Assembly (NCBI GenBank): GCA_902561355.1
Contig: CACEPG010000002.1
Span: 8,607 to 72,606, forward strand
Source of the DNA: an uncultured Alphaproteobacteria bacterium
Lineage (GTDB): Bacteria > Pseudomonadota > Alphaproteobacteria > HIMB59 > GCA-002718135
Reading direction: 5' to 3'
DNA length: 64,000 bases
Position 1 is the first letter of the stretch. Each line of letters begins with the position of its first letter. The position numbers and the translations under genes were made by a program. Shown piece after piece: positions 47,860 to 56,792 of this stretch. The notes beneath the pieces were generated by a model. It searched no databases. It was given only the letters and a program-made list of their open reading frames with translations, and was not told the DNA's origin.

Positions 47860-48948
47860 ATGCCTAAATACTATGAAACTAAAAATTATTTAGTAAAAAC
47901 TTTAGGTGTGGCAATATTGATGGTTTTTATAACCGGATTATTTACTACATCAAAGGTTTTTGCTGATGAGCCTGGAAGTGTTTTTCTATGGGGTGGATAT
48001 GATGATGATGGACTATTTGGATCTTATGTAGAAGAACATGGATCACCAGAATACGCAACATTTGGTGATGCTGAAGAAGGATTACAAAAATTAAAAGCTG
48101 GTTTTGAAGTGGATTTAGCTTGGCCATGCCAAGGTGAAATAGCTCGATGGGTAAGAGCTGGAGTGCTTGAACCATTAGACACTTCTCGTATAGATAATTG
48201 GGATGATATGTTCCCTGAAGTCAGAGACCTGCCAAGCGGTATTGTTGATGGTCAAAACTATTTTGCACCTATCGATTGGGGTGATACAACTTTATTTTAC
48301 ATGGCTGATCGAATTCCATGGATGAATGCTGACAATGAAAGTTTTGATCTAATGGAAGATCCAAGAGTAAAAGGTAAAGTTGGTATATTAGACTCAGCTG
48401 CTGACTCATTATTTTTAATGATGCATCATCTTGGAATTGATATCAGAGAAAAAGATCAATTAACTAAAGCTGCTATTGATAAAGGTATCAATAAGTTTCG
48501 TGAAATGAGAGATAACGGACAAATACGTGCATTCTTCGGAGACACTTCCTCAATGGTAGAGGCGCTAGGTAACGAAGAAATAGATGTAGCTCTTGGTTGG
48601 AACGAAATTGCATGGAATGCGGGAGCAAAAATGATGCAACCTGCTAATGGAACAATGACGTGGGCTTGTGGGCTTGCCATTGTTAAAGGTGCAGATCTTG
48701 ATAAAGCATATGCAATGATTAATGGAGCTACGAGTGCTGAAACTTCTGCTTACTTACTAAGTGAGTGGGGTTATGGTCATTCAAACATGAAAGGCTTTAG
48801 CACAATTACTGCTGATGAATTAGCTGAACGTGGAGTAGCATCTAATCCTGCAGAACACCTTTCAAATGGAATGTTCTCTGTGATGCCTTCAGATGAAGTA
48901 ACTGATTACATGGAAGCTCAATGGGCTGAAATGGTTGCTGGCGGTTGA
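47860..48948 (+). CDS. ABC-transporter periplasmic substrate-binding protein, PotD/PotF (polyamine) family
   Basis: Has a signal peptide (...LFTTSKVFA/DEPGS) and a roughly 340-aa mature two-lobe SBP-like sequence. It is convergent with PotA/B/C-like genes. I prefer the ATG at 47860, preceded by GGGGGG, over the track TTG at 47848. Confidence 0.8.
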   Translation: MPKYYETKNYLVKTLGVAILMVFITGLFTTSKVFADEPGSVFLWGGYDDDGLFGSYVEEHGSPEYATFGDAEEGLQKLKAGFEVDLAWPCQGEIARWVRAGVLEPLDTSRIDNWDDMFPEVRDLPSGIVDGQNYFAPIDWGDTTLFYMADRIPWMNADNESFDLMEDPRVKGKVGILDSAADSLFLMMHHLGIDIREKDQLTKAAIDKGINKFREMRDNGQIRAFFGDTSSMVEALGNEEIDVALGWNEIAWNAGAKMMQPANGTMTWACGLAIVKGADLDKAYAMINGATSAETSAYLLSEWGYGHSNMKGFSTITADELAERGVASNPAEHLSNGMFSVMPSDEVTDYMEAQWAEMVAGG

Positions 48949-48970
48949 TCAAAGTTTAGTTCAATATCTA

Positions 48971-49007
48971 AATAGCCTGTTCTCTTTTTGAGGGCGGGCT
49001 ATTTTTT
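48971..49007 (+). terminator. rho-independent terminator of the SBP gene
   Basis: The plus-strand RNA forms a 14-bp stem (48971-48984 with 48990-49003, three G-U pairs) and a 5-nt loop. The stem's last pair (A48971-T49003) begins the T-run 49003-49007. The structure contains the stop codon of the convergent ATPase gene. Confidence 0.75.
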
Positions 49008-50081
49008 ATTCAATAAAGAAATATCTTCTAAACTAATACTTATAAAGCACTCGTTATTTTCAAAAGATTGGTTGTCAAAATGTTGTGAAGAAACAGTGAT
49101 AGTCTTATCTATTCCTTTAACTTCAACGTAAAATCTAGTCATTTCTCCTAAATATGAAGTCTGTCTAATCTTAGCATCAAGACAAATATCCCAATCGGAT
49201 TTCACTTTTGAAATCATCATAGATTCTGGGCGAACACTACAAACAACATCAGAAGAATTTGCTGCGATATTTAAATTATTTTTAATTTTAAATTCTCCCA
49301 ATTCTTCGATTGAAACATTGGTGAATCCTCCATCACTTGATTTAGTCTCAGCTTTAAGAAAATTTGTTTCACCTATAAAATCACTTACAAATATATTTTT
49401 TGGATTCTTATAAAGTTCGTTGGGTGCTGATAATTGTTGAATTTTTCCATCATTCATAACTGCAACTCTGTCTGACATACTTATGGCTTCTTGTTGATCA
49501 TGAGTGACAAATACAAAAGTAATTCCAATATTTTTTTGAAGCGTTCTTAATTCTAATTGCATTTCATCTCTTAGTTTTTTATCTAAAGCACCTAGAGGTT
49601 CATCTAATAATAGAACTTTTGGTTGCCTTACTAAAGCTCTAGCAAGAGCAACACGCTGTCTTTGACCACCAGATAGTTGATTGCTAAACCTTTCTTCATA
49701 GCCCTCAAGCTTTACTAATTTAAGAACATCTTTAACTCTATTACCTATCTCATCATGACTTAAACCAAGTTTTCTTAGTCCAAATTTAATATTTTTTTCA
49801 ACATTAAGATGAGGAAAAATTGCATAGTTTTGAAAAACCATATTTGTAGGTCTTTTGTCTGGAGGTAATGCTGTAATATCTATCCCATCAATTAATAGAT
49901 TTCCAGAAGTTGGATATTCAAATCCTGCCAATAACCTCAACAATGTTGTCTTACCACATCCGGAAGGTCCTAAAAGTGAAAAAAATTCACCTTCTTTAAT
50001 CTCAAATGAAACATCATCAACTGCTTTTACATCTGCAAAGTGTTTTGAAATATTATTGATTTGTATAAATGAATTATTCAT
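48999..50081 (-). CDS. ABC-transporter ATP-binding protein, PotA-like
   Basis: Has Walker A GPSGCGKTT, the signature LSGGQRQRVALARAL and Walker B LLLDEP. A C-terminal TOBE-like regulatory domain follows. Confidence 0.9.
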   Translation of the reverse strand: MNNSFIQINNISKHFADVKAVDDVSFEIKEGEFFSLLGPSGCGKTTLLRLLAGFEYPTSGNLLIDGIDITALPPDKRPTNMVFQNYAIFPHLNVEKNIKFGLRKLGLSHDEIGNRVKDVLKLVKLEGYEERFSNQLSGGQRQRVALARALVRQPKVLLLDEPLGALDKKLRDEMQLELRTLQKNIGITFVFVTHDQQEAISMSDRVAVMNDGKIQQLSAPNELYKNPKNIFVSDFIGETNFLKAETKSSDGGFTNVSIEELGEFKIKNNLNIAANSSDVVCSVRPESMMISKVKSDWDICLDAKIRQTSYLGEMTRFYVEVKGIDKTITVSSQHFDNQSFENNECFISISLEDISLLNKK

Positions 50082-50087
50082 AGTTTT

Positions 50088-50897
50088 TTATAATTTCACA
50101 GCTATATCTTTCTTTGCTTTACCTTGTCCAACATTTCTTAACCAGAATGCTAACAAAACAATAAAAGTAGTAAAAACAATAATTACTGCTCCTAATGCCA
50201 GTACATGAGGTAACTTCTGAACAAATCTCATTTGACCCCACATATACATAGGTAACGTTGCATCACTTCCAGTTAAAAAAAATGCAAGAATAAATTCATC
50301 AAAAGAAATTATGAAACTTAGAAGAAGAGCGGCGACTATACCAGGCAAATATAATGGAAATGACACTCTAAAAAATGTTCCCCACGCATTTTCTCCTAAA
50401 TCCCTAGAGGCCTCTTCAAGTGAAAAATCAAAACCTTCAATACGGGCTATAAGTATTAACATTGCAAAAGGTGTACAAAATAAAGTGTGGCCAATTGTTA
50501 CTGGGACAAGTCCCAATTTAAATCCAAGATTGATCCAAATTATCAGTATAGCTACAGCCAAGATAATTTCAGGTATCAAAAATGGCATCATTATACCTCC
50601 ATAAGAAATCTTTTCCCCTCTAAATTTATATCGAGCAAATGCCTTTGCTGCAAATAGTGCAATTGTTGTACTAATGACACTCGCAACAACTCCTACTTTT
50701 ATACTTGCCCATAGAGCCTTATGTAGATTTCTTTTTGACCACATCTCTTCATAGTGCTCCGTTGTAAATCCAGCGAGAGGGAATGACATATAATTTGCAT
50801 CGTTAAAACTAAATATAGGTAAGAATAAAACTGGCACATAAAGAAATACAAAATAAAGAAGGGTATAAATCAGTAATGTATTATTTTTTTCGTTCAT
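50088..50897 (-). CDS. ABC-transporter permease, PotC-like
   Basis: Six transmembrane helices with the EAA loop EEASRDLGENAWGTFFRVSFPLYLPG. Confidence 0.85.
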   Translation of the reverse strand: MNEKNNTLLIYTLLYFVFLYVPVLFLPIFSFNDANYMSFPLAGFTTEHYEEMWSKRNLHKALWASIKVGVVASVISTTIALFAAKAFARYKFRGEKISYGGIMMPFLIPEIILAVAILIIWINLGFKLGLVPVTIGHTLFCTPFAMLILIARIEGFDFSLEEASRDLGENAWGTFFRVSFPLYLPGIVAALLLSFIISFDEFILAFFLTGSDATLPMYMWGQMRFVQKLPHVLALGAVIIVFTTFIVLLAFWLRNVGQGKAKKDIAVKL

Positions 50898-50899
50898 TT

Positions 50900-51784
50900 T
50901 TAAGTTAACCTTTGTGTAAGTCTTTTTGTTACATTCGACACAATTATTGTTATGAGTATAACAGTTGTTAACATAATTGTAGCTGAAGCTGCGCCAAGAG
51001 GAATATTATTTATTTTTCCAAAGTAAGCCTGGATCATATTCGAAAGCATACGACCATCAGTTCCTCCAAGTAAGGCTGGAGTGACATAATCACCTACTGT
51101 AGGAATGAATATGATTAATATCGCTCCTATTACACCAGGTAAAGATAATGGAAATGTAATTTTCCAAAAAACTTCAAATCGAGAGAGTCCAAGATCTCTT
51201 CCTGCTTCAATAAACGAAAAGTCAATTTTTTCTAACGAAACATATAAAGGTAGTAATGCAAATGCTGCCCATGCGTGAGTAAGAGTAATAACTACTGCGG
51301 TTTCTGAATACATAAGAAATGTAAGAGGTTCGCTGAGAATTCCAGCGTTGATCAATGAAGAGTTTATAACTCCTTTTGTTCCAAGAATAATCTTCCAAGA
51401 AAATACTCTTAATAAATAAGATGTCCAAAAAGGCAAAGTGAGCAAAACAAGCCACAACATTTTGTTTTTTTTAACATAAAAAGCGATGTAATAACAAACT
51501 GGGTATGCTGTGATCAGTGTAATTAAAGTTACAAGAAATGATATTTTAATAGACTTTATGAGAAGTGTGACCAGCAAATTTTTTTGAAAGAAATCAATAT
51601 ATCTTTGAAAAGTAAAAGTATAGTCTATCTCCATCATGTTAACTTGAGTAAACATACTAAAGCTCAACATTAGTGCCATTGGTACGACCATAGCCAAAAT
51701 AATTAAAATTAAAGCTGGTGATAATAAAGTATAAGCTTTAACATTATCATTTTTAGCATAAATTTTTCTCCAAAAACCTATCAT
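50900..51784 (-). CDS. ABC-transporter permease, PotB-like
   Basis: Six transmembrane helices with the EAA loop IEAGRDLGLSRFEVFWKITFPLSLPG. Confidence 0.85.
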   Translation of the reverse strand: MIGFWRKIYAKNDNVKAYTLLSPALILIILAMVVPMALMLSFSMFTQVNMMEIDYTFTFQRYIDFFQKNLLVTLLIKSIKISFLVTLITLITAYPVCYYIAFYVKKNKMLWLVLLTLPFWTSYLLRVFSWKIILGTKGVINSSLINAGILSEPLTFLMYSETAVVITLTHAWAAFALLPLYVSLEKIDFSFIEAGRDLGLSRFEVFWKITFPLSLPGVIGAILIIFIPTVGDYVTPALLGGTDGRMLSNMIQAYFGKINNIPLGAASATIMLTTVILITIIVSNVTKRLTQRLT

Positions 51785-51804
51785 ATTTTTTTTCAGCTCC
51801 TTAT

Positions 51805-52983
51805 TTATTCAATTAAAGATTTCAAACCTCGTTTATAAAGAGAATTTGCAATAATAATTCTATGAATTTCACTTGTTCCTTCCCAAATACGGTCCACTCT
51901 TAATTCTCTATAATAACGCTCTGCAACATTCTCTCTCATATATCCTCTTCCACCAAAAATCTGCACTGCACGATCAGCAATTCTATTAGCCATTTCAGAT
52001 GCAAGTAATTTAATCATAGAACATTTTCCATGTAAAATTTTTACATCTTGTTTTGCATCATGAGCTTTGCAAACCTCATAAAGCATTAATCGAGTTGAAG
52101 CTAATTCATTTACACTATCTGCTAACATGAATTGTATAGCTTGATAGTTTGAAATTTTATCACCAAAAGATTCTCTTTCTTTTGCAAAAATTGTTGCTTC
52201 ATCAATTAATCTTTGAGCAGCCCCGCAGCATCTTGCAGCTATACCTAGTCTTTCATGCCTAAACCAGGAATGCGTATAATCCATGCCAATACCTTCATTA
52301 CCAATTATTTTTTTTTCTGAAATTGAAACATTATCAAACCTATAAATAGAATGATGATGTGCATATGTATGACTAAACTTAGGACTATCTATTAACTCAA
52401 TACCTTTCTCATCCTTATCAATTATAAATAGTGAATGCTTGCCCTCATTTGAACCAGATTTAATTTTTGCCTGTAAAAAGAAAAAATCAGCTAGATTTGC
52501 ACTTGTAACATACCATTTTTCGCCATTAATAATATATTGATCTCCCTTTTTTTCTGCTGTTGTTTCAATTGAGCCTTCCACATCTGAACCTGCGCCTTTT
52601 TCTGTAATCGCATAACATTCTTTTTTAGTACCGTTTAAAAGTGGTTTAAAATAATTTTCTTTTTGATAATCAGTAAAATTATTTTCCATCCAATCCTGAG
52701 CTTCTGAAAAACACCAGCATAATGCATTTGTAACTCGGCCTAATTGTTCCCAAACTATCATCTGTTCAAACATATTTAATCCCAAGCCTCCGCTTTCTTT
52801 TGAAATACCCATACCCGGCAAACCTAGTGAAATAGCAATCTCCCGATGTTTTTTTTCAATTTCCTTGGGTAACTCACCTTCATTTTTTTCTGCATGCACC
52901 TCCCAAGGAATTAATTCATCATTAACAAATTTTTTTATCTTTAATTGCCATTCCAAAGCTTTTGGTGTCATGCCGCTATACAT
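51805..52983 (-). CDS. acyl-CoA dehydrogenase family protein
   Basis: Has YAITEKGAGSDV and the C-terminal string YYRELRVDRIWEGTSEIHRIIIA. It is 392 aa and lies 2 nt downstream of the TetR gene. Confidence 0.85.
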   Translation of the reverse strand: MYSGMTPKALEWQLKIKKFVNDELIPWEVHAEKNEGELPKEIEKKHREIAISLGLPGMGISKESGGLGLNMFEQMIVWEQLGRVTNALCWCFSEAQDWMENNFTDYQKENYFKPLLNGTKKECYAITEKGAGSDVEGSIETTAEKKGDQYIINGEKWYVTSANLADFFFLQAKIKSGSNEGKHSLFIIDKDEKGIELIDSPKFSHTYAHHHSIYRFDNVSISEKKIIGNEGIGMDYTHSWFRHERLGIAARCCGAAQRLIDEATIFAKERESFGDKISNYQAIQFMLADSVNELASTRLMLYEVCKAHDAKQDVKILHGKCSMIKLLASEMANRIADRAVQIFGGRGYMRENVAERYYRELRVDRIWEGTSEIHRIIIANSLYKRGLKSLIE

Positions 52984-52985
52984 TG

Positions 52986-53624
52986 TTAAAACATTCCCTT
53001 AAATTGTTTGGGGAAATTAGATTTAATAAACTCAAAACATATTTTCTTTGCTTGTATCCTGTTAAAAGTATCAGGATCTTCAAGTTGATCCAACCATAAT
53101 CCCATAATCAAAGCTTGAAATCCTCTAGAAATATTTTTTTTAGATAATTTCACTTTTTCTTTTTTTATAAGTTCATCAAATATATTTTCAGTTAAAGATT
53201 GGTAATACATATCTCGTTCTTTACAAATTTGATGATAAGCAGGTTTATATTTAATTTCACTAAAAAAAGTAAACCACACTGAAATTTTTTCTCTAGTGCA
53301 AATTTTTTTACTAAAATCATTTTCTACAATTCCAATGATTTTTTTTCTTGGATCATTACCTTTTTTTGCAATACTTCTTTGAAATGAATCTAGATACTCG
53401 TTAGAAATATATTTTAATGTTTCTATTAATAAAAGTTCCTTACTTTTAAAATGAAAATTTACTATACCTTGGGAAAGACCTGCTCCCTGTGATACATCTT
53501 GCATAGTTAATTCATTTATTCCTTTTTTTGATAAATTTTTAATTGTTGAAGAAATTAATTTTAAATTACTATTTTTCTTATTTTCTGATCTAAGATTTCT
53601 TTGTTTCATATTTAATAAATTCAT
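52986..53624 (-). CDS. TetR-family transcriptional regulator (BetI-like ligand domain)
   Basis: The N-terminal HTH is ELTMQDVSQGAGLSQGIVNFHFKSKELLLIETL. The C-terminal strings ISVWFTFFSE...KP.Y and FQALIMGLWLDQL resemble E. coli BetI as I recall it (KAWLAFWASS...QP.LY, ALIDGLWLRAAL). Confidence 0.8.
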   Translation of the reverse strand: MNLLNMKQRNLRSENKKNSNLKLISSTIKNLSKKGINELTMQDVSQGAGLSQGIVNFHFKSKELLLIETLKYISNEYLDSFQRSIAKKGNDPRKKIIGIVENDFSKKICTREKISVWFTFFSEIKYKPAYHQICKERDMYYQSLTENIFDELIKKEKVKLSKKNISRGFQALIMGLWLDQLEDPDTFNRIQAKKICFEFIKSNFPKQFKGMF

Positions 53625-53665
53625 TATAGTTTTTCATAAAAAGCTTGATTTTACAAGAAATTTGG

Positions 53666-53681
53666 TTGAATGCTCATTCAA
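53666..53681 (+). promoter_or_regulatory. operator/promoter cassette TTGAAT-GCTC-ATTCAA (copy 1)
   Basis: A perfect 6-4-6 palindrome in the 76-bp TetR/flavoprotein-operon divergent spacer. Its first T lies exactly 35 nt before the ATG at 53701. Confidence 0.6.
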
Positions 53682-53700
53682 AGAAATATAAGAAAATACA

Positions 53701-55329
53701 ATGAACAAAACTAAATATGATGTTGCTATAATTGGTGGTGGTCATAATGGATTAACCACAGCTTGTTATTTGGCTAAGGCGGGTCTCAAAGTCATTGTTG
53801 TGGAACGACATGAATATGTTGGAGGCGCAGCTGTTAGCAGAGAATTGCATCCAGGTTGGACTTATTCTAATTGCTCATATGTTTGCAGCTTATTAAGACC
53901 TGAGATATTTAGAGATTTAGAATTATCAAAACATGGGCTTCAAATTATACCTTATGAAGGTAGTGCGAGTATGCTTAATGATGGTAGATTTTATGCACAT
54001 TATCAAGATCATGATTTAACTTACAGATCTATCGCTCAATTTTCAAAAAAAGATGCTGAAGCCTATGATAGGTTTGGCAAAGATGTAATGAGGCAATGCA
54101 AAATTATCAAACCTCTTTTAAAAATGACTCCTCCTGACCCTACTTCTTTTAAACCAAAAGATATTATGGGTCTTTTTGAATTTGCAAAATACTTTGCAGC
54201 TAAAGATGAGCTTGGTGGTTTAGGTGAAAAAGAAATTTACGACACCATAAGATTTTGGACAATGAGCGTAAGAGATTATTTAGAAGAATATTTTGAATCA
54301 GATATAGTAAAAGTACATTTAGCTGGATCTGCAATAATAGGTACAGCGCTTGGGCCTTATTCCCCTGGTTCAGCTTATGTATTATTACATCATTACATGG
54401 GAGAAGTAGATGGGACTGTTGGAGCATGGGGGTATTCCAGAGGAGGAATGGGCTCGATTACAAAAGCTATGGCGTCATCTTTAAAATCAAACAATGGTGA
54501 AATAAAAGCAGGTTCACCAGTAAGTCAGATTCTTATCAAAAATAACAAAAGTTATGGACTTGTTCTTGAGAATGGTGATGAAATTTATGCAGATAAAATA
54601 GTTTCTAACCTTGATGTAAAAAGAACTTTTTTAAAAGTTGTAGAAGAAAAAGAATTACCTAGTGATTTTTATAAAGCTGTTAAAAATTTTAAAATTAGAG
54701 GCTCATCAGGAAAATTAAATATTGCTCTTGATGATCTTCCTATTTGGAAGAGTATTCCAGTTGGTGATCCTGCTGGCACTGGTGATCTGCATATAACGCA
54801 AAACATAGAAGAGATGGAAGGAGCTTACGATGATTGGAAGGATGGTAAGTGGTCACAATTTCCTTATGTTGATATGTGCATTCCAAGCATCAATGATCCA
54901 ACTATGGCACCACAAGGAAAACATTATATGTCTGTATTTATTCAATATGTACCCTACAATTTAGCTAATGGAGGTTGGACTGAGGAGAAACGTCTTGAAT
55001 TTGGTAAACATGTAATGAATAGAATTGGCAATTACTCCACAAACTTTAATGATATTATCAATCATGCAGAAATTAGAACTCCTAAAGAAATAGAAGCTGA
55101 GGTTGGTTTAACTGAAGGCAATATATTCCAAGGCGAACTAACCATGGACCAATTAATGTTTAATCGTCCAGTACCTGGTTATGCTCAATATAAGACACCG
55201 ATCAAAAATCTATATATGTGTGGATCAAGCACGCATCCTGGCGGAGGTGTTATGGGTGCACCTGGAGTTAATGCAGCAAGAGAAATATTAAAAGATTTAA
55301 AGATGAAAATATCAACACATTACATATGA
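53701..55329 (+). CDS. NAD(P)/FAD-dependent oxidoreductase, CrtI/amine-oxidase superfamily, PYROXD2-like
   Basis: Has YDVAIIGGGHNGLTTACYLAKAGLKVIVVERHEYVGGAA and CSYVCSLLRPEIFRDLELSKHGL, the latter close to the human PYROXD2 string as I recall it. The C-terminal string is LYMCGSSTHPGGGVMGAPG. Length is 542 aa. Confidence 0.8.
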   Translation: MNKTKYDVAIIGGGHNGLTTACYLAKAGLKVIVVERHEYVGGAAVSRELHPGWTYSNCSYVCSLLRPEIFRDLELSKHGLQIIPYEGSASMLNDGRFYAHYQDHDLTYRSIAQFSKKDAEAYDRFGKDVMRQCKIIKPLLKMTPPDPTSFKPKDIMGLFEFAKYFAAKDELGGLGEKEIYDTIRFWTMSVRDYLEEYFESDIVKVHLAGSAIIGTALGPYSPGSAYVLLHHYMGEVDGTVGAWGYSRGGMGSITKAMASSLKSNNGEIKAGSPVSQILIKNNKSYGLVLENGDEIYADKIVSNLDVKRTFLKVVEEKELPSDFYKAVKNFKIRGSSGKLNIALDDLPIWKSIPVGDPAGTGDLHITQNIEEMEGAYDDWKDGKWSQFPYVDMCIPSINDPTMAPQGKHYMSVFIQYVPYNLANGGWTEEKRLEFGKHVMNRIGNYSTNFNDIINHAEIRTPKEIEAEVGLTEGNIFQGELTMDQLMFNRPVPGYAQYKTPIKNLYMCGSSTHPGGGVMGAPGVNAAREILKDLKMKISTHYI

Positions 55330-56792
55330 AAAAATTTGATGTCATAATAATTGGTGGAGGTCACAATGGATTAGTTGCATCTTCATACTTATCAAAAAAA
55401 GGAAAAAAAGTTTTGGTAATTGAAAAAAACGAAAACGTTGGAGGATTAGCGGAATATGCAGAATCACTAAACTGTATCTCACCAATCATTAAAAAAGAAT
55501 TAGGGATTAATGTTAATAATATTAATCATTCAAATAATATTATATCACTAGAGGATAATCAAAATCATACTATTTTGTCAGATAAAAACGGCAAATTATC
55601 TTTTGTTCAAACCAATGCTGATGAAAATGATCAAAAGAAATTCTTGTCAATTATCAATAACTACAAATTGTTTTCAAAAACTCTTGGTGCATTTATGTTT
55701 CAAAAACCACCAAGAGTTAAATCAGGTAAAAGAGCTGACTTATTTCAATTAATTTCTATGGGATGGAAAATTAGAAAATTAGGTAAAAAAAATATGCGTG
55801 AACTATTAAGAGTAATTGGTTTAAATATCGCAGATGACTTAGAAGATAATTTAAATAGCAATAATCTAATGGGTCTATTATCCCATGAAGCTGTTTTGGG
55901 AACAAATCTAGGTCCAAGATCTCCAGGTTCAATATTAACTTTACTTTATAAACAAGCTATCAATGACAATATTTTTAATTTAAACAAAATAGAAGTTGCA
56001 GAATATATTAATCAATTAGAAGATTGCTGTAATAAAAATACTGTTGAAATCATTAAATCCTCTGAAGTTAAAAAAATATTAACTCAAAATAACTCTGTGA
56101 CTGGTGTTCAATTAACAAATGGCGAGGTTTTTGAATCAAAATATGTGATGTCTAATGCTGACCCTAAAACAACTTATTTAAATTTATTAGGTGCAGAAAT
56201 CCTAGATACTGATTTTATTAGAAGAACTAAAAATTTTAGAAATAAAGGAAATGTCGCTAAGCTTGAATTAGCGTTAGAAAATGAAATTAACATTAATAAT
56301 ATTGATAAAAAAATGAACGGAAAGTTTATTTATGCTCCTGGTATTAAGTACATAGAACATGCATTTAATGCTAATAAATATAACAAATATTCTGAAAATC
56401 CATGCCTTGAGTTTTACGTTAATCAAAAAACCTTATCAGCTAATGTTTATTATGTTCCGTATTTAATTAATACTAATCATAAAGAAAATGAAATAATTGA
56501 AAGATGTGTTTCAGTTTTAAGTAAATTTATTCCAGATATGAAAATAGTAAAACAAAAACTCATCACTCCCAATAAAATGGAAGAAAAGTTTAATATAACA
56601 GGAGGGCATTGGCATCACGGTGATTTAGAAATAGATCAATTATTAATGATGAGACCTTTTTATGGATCAGCTCAATATTCTACACCTATAAATGGTTTAT
56701 ATTTATGTGGTGCAGGAACCCATCCTGGAGGGGGAGTAACAGGTATCAACGGTCTTAATGCTGCAAAAAAAGTAATAGAGGATTTAAAATAA
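55326..56792 (+). CDS. second CrtI/PYROXD2-like FAD-dependent oxidoreductase (diverged paralogue)
   Basis: Has FDVIIIGGGHNGLVASSYLSKKGKKVLVIEKNENVGG and the C-terminal string LYLCGAGTHPGGGVTGINGLNAA. It has an ATGA overlap with the upstream paralogue. It is much more AT-, K- and N-rich than that paralogue. Confidence 0.75.
   Translation: MKKFDVIIIGGGHNGLVASSYLSKKGKKVLVIEKNENVGGLAEYAESLNCISPIIKKELGINVNNINHSNNIISLEDNQNHTILSDKNGKLSFVQTNADENDQKKFLSIINNYKLFSKTLGAFMFQKPPRVKSGKRADLFQLISMGWKIRKLGKKNMRELLRVIGLNIADDLEDNLNSNNLMGLLSHEAVLGTNLGPRSPGSILTLLYKQAINDNIFNLNKIEVAEYINQLEDCCNKNTVEIIKSSEVKKILTQNNSVTGVQLTNGEVFESKYVMSNADPKTTYLNLLGAEILDTDFIRRTKNFRNKGNVAKLELALENEININNIDKKMNGKFIYAPGIKYIEHAFNANKYNKYSENPCLEFYVNQKTLSANVYYVPYLINTNHKENEIIERCVSVLSKFIPDMKIVKQKLITPNKMEEKFNITGGHWHHGDLEIDQLLMMRPFYGSAQYSTPINGLYLCGAGTHPGGGVTGINGLNAAKKVIEDLK

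Noticed and set aside
47945-48680. Two antisense ORFs (76 and 74 aa, one His/Gln-rich) within the SBP gene
   Set aside because: The locally elevated G+C of the SBP gene lowers the stop-codon frequency on the opposite strand. There are no motifs, and both are fully antisense to a strongly supported gene.
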